A model generated the notes under the pieces. The model did not search any database, was not told the DNA's origin, and saw only the letters and a program-made list of their open reading frames with translations. A stretch of DNA of 60,000 nucleotides from Malacoraja senta (lineage: Eukaryota), in the NCBI GenBank assembly GCA_038087875.1, contig CM075989.1, forward strand, positions 10,542,001 through 10,602,000. Direction: 5' to 3'. Below, piece after piece: positions 38,149 to 51,784 of this stretch (positions are counted from its first letter, which is position 1; every line of letters begins with the position of its first letter). The position numbers and the translations under genes were made by a program.

Positions 38149-38519
38149 TAGAGTGCAATTAATGAAATCAGTAGAAAGGCATGGCAGTTAACATTTTCGG
38201 GTAATTGGGGGTGATCTTGCATCAAGTAGATGAAGTCACTCCATCAAAGTAAAAACACAATTTGATTAAAAATAGTCATAGAATCATAGAGTCATACAGA
38301 GCAGAAACAGGCCCTTCAGCGCAACCTGCCTATGGCGACCAAGATTCTCCATCTACGTTAGTCCCACCTGCCCGCGTTTGGCCCATATCTCTCCAAACCT
38401 TCCCAATTCAAGCCCCTGCCCAAATGTGTTTTATCATTTTTTACAGTGTGTAAGGATGAAGAATGTTGAGCTCAGTTACCATGCAGCAGGTTACCTGGGA
38501 ACTCTTGCCTTGTTTAGAA

Positions 38520-38775
38520 GATTCATGGGGTCCAAGTCCATAACTCCCTGAAAGTGGCAACGCAAATAGATAGAGTAATAAAGAAGGCAAATGTTATACT
38601 CGCTTTCTTAGGTCGGGGCATAGAGTATAAGAGTCAGGAAATCACGATGCAGCTTCAGTTGGGCCGTATTTGGAATATTGTGTACAATTCTGTTCGTCCC
38701 CATTACAGGAAGGATGTGGAGGCTTTGGAAAGGCTGCAGAGGGGTTTTACCAGAATGATGCCTGGATTAGGGGCA
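38520..38775 (+). mobile_element. CR1 ORF2 fragment
   Basis: VATQIDRVIKKA..ILAF..RGIEYKS...PHYRKDVEALERLQRGFTRMMPGL. Confidence 0.85.
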
Positions 38776-39609
38776 TCACCTGCATGCTATGAGTATTATT
38801 AGGGTTTGGTAAATGCAGACAGAACCCCATCAGGTTTCTGGCTCCAAACAGTGTGTGCACACCTAGTGGGTGGGGTGGGGTTGGGGACAGGTAAAGCAGG
38901 CCCAATGGCAGCCTGAAGGTTGGTCAACTACCAGGGGAGTTCACAAAGCCATCATCCTACTATCTACCCCACTTGTCAACAGGACAGACAGGGTGTTTTC
39001 AGGTCATGAATGCTGCTATGGAAATGCAGCTTTCCCTCCAAATGTAATTTCCTCGCCCTGTGCCAAAGGCCCTCCGACCTCTCCTCCTTTCAATGAATGG
39101 CATGTCAGAAACGACACCAAACTCAAATTATGTTCCTCAAAGGGCTTCTGTAATAAAGAGAGTCTGCCAGTAGCTTGCTGTGTGTCTGCAGATTACCATC
39201 ATCTTCAGAGTTTAATTAAAATGTCTTCTTGGGATTGTAGGGGCCGCTGCGTGTGCATGGGGGAGGGGAACAGGGCAAAGGGTGGGGGTTGTTTGAGAGA
39301 GGTCTCGAGACCCTCTGAAAGAGCCTCTGCAAACAAACAAACAGGGGTGGTGGAGCGTTTACGTGTGTCTGGAGATGTGGAGGAATGTGCAAAGTATGAT
39401 AACAACAGATGAAATGTGGGCAAGGGGGCCAAGAAGGGAGTGCTGTAACTATAGTAACCCTGCTCTTGTTTCATTGGGAAGTGAGTTGTTTGCCTTGTGT
39501 TGCAATCTACTGAATAGTGCCTTTTCACATTAACATTATCCTAATGAGATCCGCAAGCTGGAGCTCTGGATATCAACAGCAACTTGGGTGGTTTTTGTAG
39601 ATAATCAGG

Positions 39610-40030
39610 CAAGGAGAAGTCGGGTAGGGAGAGGCTGGTGAGGGAAGGTGATAGAGAGAGAGGGGAAGGATGTGGAGAAAGGTTAAAGAGAAGAGAGGGG
39701 AGAAAGAAAGGGAGAGGAGGAGAGGAGAAAAGGGTGGAGAGAATTAAAGAGAGTGGATGGAGAGAGAGTGAATGAAAGGAGGGGGCAATGGAAGAGAGAG
39801 AAAGAGGGGAAAGGGAAAGGAGGGAATGAGAGAGAGAGAAAGAAAGAAGGGGGGAGAGAGGGGAAAGGTAAAGAGAAGGAGACAAATAGTAAAGAGAAAG
39901 AGGAGTGGGAGATTGAATGCAGTGAGATGGAAAAGGGCAAAGAGAAATCTAAGAGGGAGCGTAACGCGAGAGGGAAGGGAGGGGGGAGAGGGGAAGGAGG
40001 AAGACAGAGAATGGAGACAAAGGGGGAGAG
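39610..40030. repeat. Polypurine (GA-rich) tract
   Basis: Seen directly. Confidence 0.9.
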
Positions 40031-41639
40031 GCTAATCTGTGACACATAATACCACACTGTAGCTGAACTGCACCATCATGTCACTCCTCACTGTAATAAG
40101 CTTTGCTGTGTAATCCAGCTTGTGACAAGCATACAGATAACTCGGAGACAGAGTCAGCCAATCACACTGGAAGAGAATAAGTATTCTACTGATTTTCTAG
40201 TTGCAAAGTCCAACAAACAGCTCCTGTGTTTTCCTGCAGCCCCCACAGCCCCTCCCCCCCACTCCTACCCCACCCCCAGACATTCCTCCTATGAAGTGTA
40301 TGTTACTTGCCACAGCTTTGAAGGCTTTGAATGCAGGCTGCTCTCTTAAAGGGACAGGGGCCGAGCTCTTCTCCATTAAAAGGTACCCAAGGTCCTTTCC
40401 TGTCTTTGGTGTAATGGGAAGTAACAAAAAGAAAGGAAAATCTTGTATTTGTATCATGTCTTTCATGATAATAGCATTCAAAACTTTAGTTTCTAAATCA
40501 TACTGTACATACATCAGCTGAGGTTCAGTGCCACTCTTACATTTGGGTCCAAGATTGTGAGTTTGTATCCACTCGATGAATTTCACTACATCAAATTACA
40601 TGAGATGTGGAACAGAAACAGGTCATTTGAGCCAAGCAGCCTATGCCAGCACTTATTATATATTTGAGCCCCAGCTAAATATTTCAGTGTGTTTCTCTGT
40701 ACCCGCTGCACTATTCACTTCAGTCAACTCCCCAGAGAAGCAAGGTCCACATTCTCACTGCAGTTGGGTTGAAAAAAAAATCTGAATTCCTGAATGACTT
40801 TCTTGGTGACTTGAAGGCCTCTCGGCTTGCTCTATCCACAAGTGTAAACTGTCTCTCTTGCCTCACTGTAACAATGTCTTCATCATCTTAAACACCTCTA
40901 ATAGGTCGTCCTCAACCTTGTTTTCACCTTTTCTCATTCTGTGACCTCTCCCATTGCTCATATCATCACTGCACCCTCTTCAGTCCCCCAATACTCTTGT
41001 ATAATCTAGCAATCCAGAAAGTTCTATTCTAAAAGTAGTCTAACCAAAATGTTGACAGAGACTCTCCAAATTTTACATACTTGACAGCCAAATCCCTCAA
41101 GGAATAAACCCTGATACCTGGTCTGTGTTTATCTGGTCTTGCCAAACGGTGGTGAAACCATTGATAATTGGTGTATTTGCAGTCTTGAGATCTCTTTACT
41201 CCTCTTATCAACCTGGACTCAAACCTTCCAAGCAATGTAATCTGAATGAACACAGTAGACTAGGCTTATGTGCTTTGTAGTACTGAAACAGTGTCATTTA
41301 TTGTTGGGGACATTGGCTTCCAACTGAAACAAACTGGGGGCCTCTTCTGCTCCCTCGGATGGAGATCAGATCTGAGAAACTACTTCAGTGAAGAGGAATG
41401 TTGTATCATAATAAAACGTTTGCATTAATAGAGTCATAGAGAGTCAAACAGCGTAGAAAAAGGCCCTTCAGCCCAACTTGCCCACACCGACCAACATGTC
41501 CCATCTACCCTAGATCTGACCTTAATGGGCGATGACAGGCACTTATCATTTTTTACTTCATCATTATCTCGTGCTTTCTCCCACCTCTACTTCATAAACT
41601 TGTTGTTGCCTCATGGGTCTTGGCTCATCTAGTTGGACA

Positions 41640-41860
41640 ACCAGAGAGTGGTCCTGAGCTAATGTCTACCACTTTGGAGACCATCGGATTATCTTTAATC
41701 GGACATTACTGGACTTTATCTTGCGCTAAAAGTTATTCCCTTTATCATGTATCTGTACACTATGGATGGCCCGATTGAAATCATGTATTGTCTTTCCGCT
41801 GACTGGTTAGCATGTAACAACCTAGGTACATGTGATAATAAACTAAACTAAACTAAAACT
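41640..41860 (+). mobile_element. Rex1-like LINE 3'UTR fragment
   Basis: ggtacatgtgataataaactaaactaaa tail related to 48300-48370. Confidence 0.55.
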
Positions 41861-42009
41861 ATCACCAAGGTTTCTCTGTAAAGAGTGACCACCATTAATT
41901 GCACACAATCTGCTGTTCTGTTACATAGACAGGTCAGTATGCAACATGATTATTGTCATCACCCACTCCTAAAATAAGGATTTCCCAATGACATTTCTAC
42001 ATTCCTCAC

Positions 42010-42216
42010 TTAGAGTCATAGAGTGATACAGTGCGGAAACAGGCCCTTTGACTCAACTTAAGCACACCGGCCAACATGTCCCAGTTACACATCACATTGC
42101 CTGCTTTTGGCCCATATCGCTCCAAACTTGTCCCATCCATGTACCAGTCTAACTGTTCCTTAAACGTTGGGATAGTCCCAGCCTCAACTACCTCCTCTAG
42201 CCGCTAGTTCCATACA
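42010..42216 (-). mobile_element. CR1 3' fragment (host of the Helitron)
   Basis: agagtcatagagtgatacagtgcggaaacaggccc...gcctcaactacctcctct. Confidence 0.8.
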
Positions 42217-43705
42217 TCTATATAACTAAAAGTCTCATCTTGACCACTTCCTGTCTGCGCTGTATATTGATTTTAGAAAAAATGCTACCATATATCGCTA
42301 TGATTTTTGGCCATCTTACTCACAGTCCTCCTCTGTTGAGGCAACCTTGAGGATTTTTCCGATCGATGAAAAATAAAAAAGTTATGAATGTTTAAAAAAT
42401 CTTGCGATCAGCTGATTGGTCCTCTCGCCTGTCAATCACCATGATGAAGGTAATGCCCCTTCCGGGGAGGGCAGGAGTATAAAGCCCAAATGGTATGAAA
42501 TTGCATTTGAATTTGGTGGCCTGCACTCTGCTTGAAATGGTTTGAAATTGCATTTGAATTTGGTGACCTGCACTCTGCTTGAAATGGTATGAAATTACAT
42601 TTGAATTTGGTGGCCTGCACTCTGCTTGAAATGGTATGAAATTGCATTTGAATTTGGTGGCCTGCACTCTGCTTGAAATGGTATGAAATTGCATTTGGAT
42701 TTGGTGGCCTGCACTCTGTTTGAAATGGAATGAAATTGCATTTGGATTTGGTGGCCTGCACTCTGCTTAAAATGGTATGAAATTACATTTGGATTTGGCG
42801 GCCTGCACTCTGCTTGAAATGGTATGAAATTGCATTTGGATTTGGTGGCCTGCACTCTGCTTGAAATGGTATGAAATAGCATTTAGATTTGGTGGCCTGC
42901 ACTCTGCTTGAAATGGTATGAAATTGCATTTGAATTTGGTGGCCTGCACTCTGCTTGAAATGGTATGAAATTGCATTTGGATTTGGTGGCCTGTACTCTG
43001 CTTGAAATGGTATGAAATTGCATTTGGATTTGGTGGCCTGCACTCTGCTTGAAATGGTATGAAATTGCATTTAGATTTGGTGGCCTGCACTCGGCTTGAA
43101 ATGGTATGAAATTGCATTTGGATTTGGTGGCCTGCACTCTGCTTGAAATGGTATGAAATAGCATTTGGATTTGGTGGCCTGCACTCTGCTTGAAATGGTA
43201 TGAAATTGCATTTGGATTTGGTGGCCTGCACTCTGCTTGAAATGGTATGAAATTGCATTTGGATTTGGTGGCTTGTACTCTGCTTGAAATGGTATGAAAT
43301 AGCATTTGGATTTGGTGGCCTGCACTCTACTTGAAATTGTATGAAATTGGATTTGGTGGCCTGCACCCTGCTTGAAATGGAATTTCAAGGAATAGACATG
43401 AGTGAACTGCAGCCTACCAGCCCTGAGTGATTGAGCTGCCAGCCCACCAGGCCTGAGTGACTGAGCTGCCATCCCACCAGGCCTGAGTGACAGCTGCCAG
43501 CCCAAAAATCCATTTGGCCCACAATGTCCATACTAGCCCTCTGGAAACCAGTCCCTTTACCCCTAAACACCCATACTAGCGCTCCAGAACCCCCCCCCCC
43601 TCCCACTGGCCACCAATATTGGAATTGATGGAGAGGTGGAATATTGGGTTGGGGGACCAGCCCTCCCATGTGAACATGGGACCCAAAGGGTCCCACTTAG
43701 TGTAG
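42217..43705 (+). mobile_element. Non-autonomous Helitron
   Basis: 5' TCTATATAACTAAAAG; 3' hairpin tgggaccc-aaa-gggtccca (43677-43695) followed by cttagtGTAG (one change from CTAG); inserted between A and T with no TSD. Confidence 0.8.
42488..43380. repeat. 47-bp minisatellite, ~19 copies
   Basis: Unit aaatggtatgaaattgcatttggatttggtggcctgcactctgcttg, head to tail, no spacers. Confidence 0.95.
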
Positions 43706-44439
43706 TCTGCCACTGTATTTTTATTTCAAACATTTATATCAAAGTCTTCCCTCACTATGGTGGCACATCAGTTTTGCATTGCTGTCTCACCACCAAAGAG
43801 ACACATTCTCCATGTCATTGCAGAGGTTGCACTCCATTTTCCTCCCACATCTAAAGGCATGCTGGTAGGTTAATTGCCCACTGGAAATTGCTCCATACCT
43901 CGATGTAGACAAGAGGCAAAATAATGAACAGGTAGTTGTTGGGAATCTGATAGAGAATAGACTGCATGGAAAACAAGGAAGGGGAATGGGACAGATTGAA
44001 CAACTGTTCTGTGAGCTGGCATTGATTTGATGGGCCGAATAACTTCCTTCTGTGTCATTACAGCTAAGTAAAGTGACCAAAATTTGACAAATGTCATAAG
44101 AAGCAGTGTTGGAATAAAGTGAAAAGTATCCTTCAGAATGATGATAGTCATCTCATTGGATTCTACTAGCTCCCATACCCATCCCTTTTTCTTGGCCCCC
44201 TCTTTTCCTCTCCATGTTTTGTCTTACATTTCTCTCTTCAGCTTCCTCTCTTAACAATATTAAGGTCTTGTTTATTTCCCCAGAGTGGATCTGGAACTTG
44301 ATGCCTGATAGAATGATGAAAGTGGAAAATTCTCCCACATTTAAGTGATTTCTCGGTTTGTATTAACGTACAAGGCTACTGGCCAAGAGCTGAAAAGTGG
44401 GATTGACTCAGTAAATTGTTAGAGGCTGGCATGCAGATT

Positions 44440-44775
44440 TATTTTCTCACACAATGTGGATATCGCCTCCACTTAACGTCCATTGCTAATTGCTCTTAAA
44501 TTGAGAAGATAGTTCAGAGTCAACTTCACGTTGGGTTTGGAGTCACAGAGAGGATAGACTGGGTAAGGATGACAGATTTCTCTCCCCGAAGGACATTAGT
44601 GAACAGATGGGGTTTTATGACAATCTGGCTGTTTCATGGTTATTGTTACTAAGAATAGTATTTTTTTCAAATTCCAGATTTATTTAATTACTTAAATTTA
44701 AATTCCCCAGCTGCCATGGTGGGATTCAAACTCATGGATCAATTGTCCCAAATTCCAGTTACTCATTCAGTACAC
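44440..44775 (-). mobile_element. Second SINE-like family, well-preserved copy
   Basis: ggacattagtgaac...ttccagatttatttaatt...ctgccatggtgggattcaaac (B-box-like on minus strand). Confidence 0.65.
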
Positions 44776-45529
44776 AACTGGGACAAATGGACCAGATAGC
44801 CTTCCTTGTGTCATGAATTTCGATCATTCCATAATTCTGCTTGTGGTATTTAGTCAATTCATTTTAATTTTTCCTCCCTTTTCCTCCCTATCTTATTCTG
44901 TTCTAATGCTTGAAAGCTCCAGTGATTGATGATCAGAAATGCGACTACATTGTTCGAAGAAGAGTAAAATTCGGATAATAATGAAAAAAAAAGAAAGCTA
45001 AAGTAATGTCTGTGTTCAAAATGATGAGGAGTTTTGAGAGAGTTCACAGGGAGATCACTGGTGGGAGGGGGCGAATGTATTTAACACCACGAGTTGTTGT
45101 GATCTGGGACGAGCTGCCAGAATGGGCGGTGGGTGGAGATTCAGCAACAACTTTCAATTTAATTAGAATATTTGAAAAGAACAAAAAGTCTGCAGTGCTT
45201 TGGGGAAGGAGCAGGGTAGTGCAAGCAACTGCACAACTAGGGCTGCACAGTCGTGCAGCTGGTACTACTGCTGCCTCACAGCGCCAGAGACCCCGGTTCG
45301 ATCCTGACCTCGGGTGCTGACTGTGTATGGAGTTGACATGTTCTTGATTCCCCTACTCTGGAGTAAAGAATTTGTGCATCCACCCTATCTATTCCTCTCA
45401 TGATTTTAGACACCTCTAAAATATCACCTGTCAGCCTCCTGCGCAGCAAGGAATAAAGTCCTAGCCTGCGTAAGTTCTCCCTATAAATTCCCCTCTGTAA
45501 ATTGGCCCAAAAATACATAATATTTAATG

Positions 45530-45825
45530 AGCTGGTAGTGTTGCTGCCTCACAGCGCTAGAGACCCGGGTTCGATCCTGACCTTGGCTGCTGTCTGTGTG
45601 GACTTTGCACATTCTCCCTGTGACAGTGTGGGTTTTCGCTGGGTGTTCCGGTTTCATCCCACATCCCAAAGACATGCAGATTTGTAGGTTAATTGCCCTC
45701 TGAAAATTCCCCTTAATGTGTAGGGAGTGGATGAGACAGTGGGATAACAGAGGAACTAATGTCAATGGTCAGAGTGGACTCAGTGGGCCGACTGGTCTGT
45801 TTCCATGTTGTACCCTTCAATCAAT
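45530..45825 (+). mobile_element. HE1-like SINE (preceded by a SINE head at 45265-45335 and an inverted CR1 piece at 45340-45484)
   Basis: gacccgggttcgatcctgac head and V-domain-like core. Confidence 0.8.
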
Positions 45826-47011
45826 TCAATCAATCAACTGCACTTGATCTTCAGAAGAGATGGAATATGTCAGAACATGGATTAATGGAGGAAAGGGCTT
45901 CTGGTTCTGTCCCAGTGACATGGCCTATGCCATTGATTCACCTTGAAAGATCCTTATTTAGACTGAACAATGATGAAGATGAAGAATTTCATCTTGAGTG
46001 CCCTTTGTACTTTTCATTTGGACTTATGTTTTTGATACATTTTATAATTAATCAGCACTAATATTTGATGCCATTCAGATGCTCTCTATATCCCAGTCAT
46101 ATTAATACTTCTCATCTATCAGGCTTGATTGCAAAACATTCACTCTATGAATATCTCCCAGAGAAACAGGATAAAACCACTTCCAGCCAAATGGAGCAGA
46201 ATGCCAAACGCTAAAGATGGAACATTAGAAATGTTTTGACATACTTTCCAGATTACCTGGCTGTAATGTGTCTGAAGCACAAAGGAGAATATTGACCCAA
46301 ATGAAAATTCCGTTATAACTCATTGCGTATTGCTATGATTTTTCATACAGACAAAACAACCTTCTCGAATCCCACTCACAGGATATGTCAATTGCACACT
46401 GAGGATTATTTTTCAATTGAAGACAGACTTGAATTTCTAATAGCCCCCTTTGTACCCTCAGAATATACCACAGTGCTTTACAGACAATAAGATACTTTTG
46501 GTCACCATTGTAAGGCAAAAAGTAGGCAGTCAAATTGTACACACCAATCCCCCACTTACTTTAATGTACGCCAAGTGGAAAGGAAGTAAAGCAATTACAG
46601 ATGCTAATTGTCCCCCTGGCTCCAACCTCTGTCAGGGTTCCACCTTGTCCAGTAACAGTAGGTATGTCGGGTGAAAAGTGGACTCAGTCGTGCTGCTTTC
46701 TCAATTCTATGCTTGAATAACCTTTCAAGGTCACTCCTTGTGCCCCTGAGTTAGAAGGATATATGTTTGAATTCCACATTGCTTAAAACAAGGCTGCCAA
46801 ATGAAGGAACGATACTTTATTGCTGCGCTTCATGTACCGATGAGATGGAAAGCTCTAAGCTTGTGGCTTTCTCATATTAATCTAAACCATCCCACAGTAT
46901 TGTTTGAAGAAGAGCTCAGTATTCTCCCTGCAGTCCTGACCAATCCTTTTCCCACTATCACTATCACTACAACAGATAATCTGGTCATCTGTGTACAAGA
47001 GCTTCCTCTCT

Positions 47012-47320
47012 AGTTTAGAGATACAGCGCGGAAACAGGCCCTTCGGCCCACCGGGTCCGCGCCGACCAGCGATCCCCGCACATTAACACGATCCGGCACC
47101 CACTAGGGACAATTTTTACATTTACCAAGCCAATTAACCTTCAAACCTGTACGTCTTTGGAATGTGGGAGGAAACCGAAGATCTTGGAGAAAACCCACGC
47201 AGGTCACGGGGAGAACGTACAAACTCCGTACAGAAAGCACCCGTAGTCGGGATCGAACCGGGTCTCCAGCGCTGCATTCGCTGTAAGGCAGCAACTCTAC
47301 TGCTGCGCCACAGTGACTGC
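47012..47320 (-). mobile_element. Young HE1-type V-SINE nested in a Deu-SINE (~46820-47460)
   Basis: CpG-intact copy; Deu sequence (aacagataatctggtcat ... attggctgc) on both sides. Confidence 0.9.
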
Positions 47321-47799
47321 CCTCAGAATCATATTGGCTGCTGTGCATCAGCTTTTCCTTTGTTACTTTAGCAACCACATTTCAAAAACGTCTCTATTGT
47401 CAGCAACACACTTGTGGACATCCTGAATTCATAAAGGTGTGATATAAATCCATTTTCTTTAAGATCCGCTGTCTAAACTCATCCATCAAAGATGGCCACT
47501 TGGGGAAGAGACGGGATGTGCTGCCAGTAACCGTAAAGTTACTCCCCTACAGAACTCATAGCTTCCTGGAGCAGAGAATACAGGGTGGGAGAAGCTTTAT
47601 ACATTAAGATTGTTGTGACATCTTAGTAAGCAACTTATTAAAATTAAAAACTCCTCCCTCACATTTGTACACCTTCAGAAGTAAATTTCTTAACTAGAGA
47701 TCATAAATTCTTTGAAAGAGCCCTCCAATGAATTTGCTTTCTCCAATGATTTTTTTCCAATTCAATATTGTAAGTTCCTGATGAATCTGCTTTCAGGGC

Positions 47800-48370
47800 A
47801 GTGCAGCCCACATCACAGTAACTTCTACAGATGCAATAGAAGGAAGCACCCTATCCACATGCATCATAGTTTGATTTGGCAACTGCTGCTAAATGATCCT
47901 CCCAAGACTGCAGGGATTTGTGAACACAGCCCAATCCATCACACAAGCAGTCTCCCGAACCCCACCCCTCATACATTCCATCTACACCACGCTGTCTCGA
48001 GAAACCAGCAAACATAATCAAGGACACACACCCTGGTCATTCCCTCTTCTACTGACTCAATGGGGCAGAAGATACAAAAACATAAAACCATGTATCTTCA
48101 GATTCAAGAACAGCCTCTCCCTTGCTGTTATCAGGCTCTTGAACGGCTTTCAAATCCAAAGGGTGATTTTCCAATCTTCCAAACTACCTCATTGAAGCCC
48201 TTATACTTAAAAAAAAATCTGCACTTCCTCTGTGACTACAACATAATATTCTGCACTCAATTTATTTTCTCTTTTGCACAACCAAATGTACTCATGTATG
48301 GTTGATCTGTCTGGATAGCACGCAAAACAAAGCTCTTCACTGTTTCTTGGTACACATGACAATAATGAAC
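47800..48370 (+). mobile_element. Rex1/Babar-like LINE 3' fragment
   Basis: LQGFVNTAQSIT..., GRRYK..., RFKNS...AVIRLLN; tail tggatagcacgcaaaacaaagct...acacatgacaataa. Confidence 0.65.
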
Positions 48371-48451
48371 CAACACCAAGACCAAAGCATTTCACAGAGC
48401 AAAACAATTGTCTCTGTTTTGCTTCTGGTTTGTTTACCAAGCATCTTATTA

Positions 48452-48842
48452 AGGGCCTGTCCCACTTTCCCGAGTAATTCACGAATTCTCCTGAGTTATT
48501 CACGAATTCTCCCGAGTTTTCAAACTCGCAGAATGTTCGTAACGAGTCCGTAGTAGGCCGTAGGAGTCAGTGGATATATCATAGCGGCTCGTTATGCCAG
48601 CCGTAGGTACTCGGGGCTATTTTTTTACTCGTGGACATTTTTCATCAGGCCGAAAAAACATCCCGACTTACCTGATGCTCCAAGTATCTACGGCTGGCTT
48701 AACAATCCGCTACGATATATCCACGGACTCCTACGGCCTCCTACGGACTCGTTACGAACATTCTGCGAGTTTGAAAACTCGGGAGAATTCGTGAATAACT
48801 CAGGAGAATTCGTGAATAACTCGGGAAAGTGGGACAGGCCCT
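48452..48842. mobile_element. PIF/Harbinger-type MITE, second copy
   Basis: TIR agggcctgtcccactttcccgag / ctcgggaaagtgggacaggccct; TTA TSD at 48449-48451 and 48843-48845. Confidence 0.9.
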
Positions 48843-49748
48843 TTACCAAGTCTCCTGCCACAGGAAATGGTTTCTCCATATTTTCTCCATCAAATATTGT
48901 CACGATTAAAAAAAACCCTCTATTAAATGTTCCATTGACCTTTTCTGCTCAAAGGAGATCTTGGCTTCAATTTCATTTTCACCACCATTTCAATAAATCA
49001 CCTCTGCAGTATCACACAAAAGTTGCTCCCCAGATTTGGTCCCAACTGAAGGGAAATCAGTGATTTTTAAATGTTTAATGAAGGTTCCTTAATTTTGTAT
49101 TTTCTGAGGTAGATATTTTCCTCAGGCATGCGTACCATCATGCACTCATACCCTCCAGGCATAGAGGCTTCGAGGTGGGAGTAGTTTTGCATGGGGAACT
49201 GATGTTGATCATACTGGACATGAATTTGAGAAGCCCAGTCCAATGTTTAGCAATATATCCCATTTTTTACTGAAAGACAAGAACTAATTGCCAATACGAC
49301 CTTGCAAAGCCCAGAATGCTGTAAGCATCATCAGAAGACTTTTCACCTGATCTGCCCATTACAAATATTTCTCCCTGTGAGACCACAGTTGTCTGTCCTG
49401 TGTCCCCTTTACAATAGTGACCATTAACAAGTCCTGGTGTCAGCAATGCATCCATGCATGAAGAGTCAGAGCACCATAGAACCAGGGAAGGCCTGGCGTC
49501 AGCACAAGGGAAGGCTCCAACTTCCAGGCACATTGGAGGAGACAGGGTGTCTGTATATACTGGTACCACCATGTGTTTCCCAGAATTGGTTTGCCAAGAC
49601 TGGTTCCCAAATCCCAGCAGGTGGAAGATCCCCAAATTTGTAATGGTTTACCAAACTCCATCAGAGGAATTGTCCCCTATCACCAGCAGGTAATGGTCCC
49701 AAAACACCAGTAGAATAAGAGGGCCCAAATATCACCAGGAGACTCACC

Positions 49749-49878
49749 CCCAAACACCAGCAGAGGAGATATCTCCAGACACCAGCAGAGGAGTTATCTC
49801 CAAACACCAGCGGGAGAATGATCTCCAAACACCAGCAGAGGAATGATCTCCAAACACCAGCAGAGGAATGATCTCCAA
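49749..49878. repeat. 25-bp minisatellite, ~5 copies
   Basis: Unit ccaaacaccagcagaggaatgatct. Confidence 0.9.
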
Positions 49879-51784
49879 TACGAAGAGAATAATTTTTCAC
49901 CGGACAGCAACTGGGGACTATTAATTCCTTGTATCATTCAAATGTCAAAGGCAACGACTGTCAGTATAGTGTCAAGAGAGGCAGCAGAGGCTGTAATCTG
50001 GAGCACAATAACAAGTTGCTGGAGGAACCCAGCAGGTCAAACAGCATTTCTGAATGCAAAAGGATGGTCAACCTTTTTGTGCCAAGACTCTGCATCAGGA
50101 CCGTGTGCAGGGAGAAAGCCTGTGACCGTCAGTAGGCCATTCAACCTTTGAGAGCCATGTATCAGTGTCAGCTTCCACTGAGGCTGCCTCCTGTTAGCTA
50201 CTAATGGATAGTGTTCTGGGGCAGATCCTTGGTCAATACCCTCTGCATTGCCCAGGATCACCAAAACACCTTTAAGGCTTCACAGAATGAGTCCAGCTGA
50301 GGTGAGCCAAAGGGGAATCAAATCAGTTTGGACTCTGTAGAGCAGGTGCAGATCACCTGTTGCCTTTAGCTGCTTACCCACTGCAGAAGCAAGACGAGTA
50401 TGTTCAACTACAGAGCATATTCTGCAGCTCAGTACTACCAGAGCAAATAGACTGCAAGAGGAATTGATGTAATCATTGCTTATATCATCTGATACTGGTA
50501 TTCACAATCCAAGACTGGCTAACATCCAGGAGTGACATTAATTCCTAGACTTCTTATTAACTAACGTGTTGAATAAACCAGAGCACAAAGATGTAATGAG
50601 AAATTTTAATCTGGCGCCACTGTTGGAATGCGATCAAATTGTGAAGCTTGTGTTGCAGCTATTAAAAAAATTACAGTGTGGAAAATTAGTTTAATGGCAT
50701 GTGCTGTTTAATTAAAATATCAACTCACACTTTGATCTGAGTGCCTTTTGACATCCTATGTTTAGGAAACTCCCTGAGCTGATTTGGAAGGTCTGTAATT
50801 GCTGACATTATGACAGGCGGTGAACTATTCATTCACTGATCAGCTCCGTGTGATGTCAATTCCCGCTCTCCCCTCTCTTGGTGCTGCCCCGCGCAGAGTG
50901 CTCGGTACGTCTCCTCAGTGTCCGTGGTCCATTCTGCAGCCCAGGTGGGTGCGACTCTGCAGATATGAGGCGGAGTGGACTTGATGGCCTAATTCTACTC
51001 CTATGTTGTGATATTCCACTGCTTCATTTGATGCTTAGCCAGAAGCATGGATTTTCTCGACTGCAAGCTCTGTTTCCTAAATTTATAAATTAATTAGTGA
51101 TCGGCGCAGAATTAGGCCATTTGGCCCATCAAGTGTACACCGTCATTCAGTCATGGCTGATCTATCTCTCCCTCCTAAACCCATTCTCCTGCCGTCTCCC
51201 CAGAACCCCTTACACCCGTACTAATCCCGTTTGTTACCAGGCATTGGCAAACTCCACGTTCCTGAAGAGCTTCAGCCCCCAGTAACCCCATGTCTTGCAT
51301 TCATAAACTTCCTGCGTGTTTGGCTCAGTAATAGAGTACAGGGTGAATGGCAGACGAGTGATCTAATTAGCTGAATATTATTGTAAACTATTGTTTCAAT
51401 AAATTGCAACAGTAAACACAGACGAGGATAACAACAGGCCTTGCACTGGAAATCAGCCATTTCGACAAGTAGGATAACACGTTTGGTATCTGTCGTTCAT
51501 TTCAAAATAAAGTCAGTGGTCATGCACACTAAGAAGATTGCAAGTTTTGATCCCGGCCCTTGTTCAGTTAGCTCATTTAGTGAGAGGTGAATTAAAATAC
51601 TGACTCTGATGCAGCAGGTAATGATAAATCTCCAGAGACTCAGTACAGCTTGTCTGACTTTAGCCATCAGCAACTGGTCAACGGCAACATTCAGAAGTTG
51701 GCCATTTTACTGACACCTACTTACATAGATCTCCCATTTTCTTAAAACCTTTGCAAAAACCATTGTAGCAAATAATACGTAGCA

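Noticed and set aside
42488..43380. CRISPR array or repeat protein (ORFs up to 199 aa)
   Set aside because: Contiguous 47-bp units with no unique spacers, no cas genes, eukaryotic context; the ORFs arise from repeat periodicity
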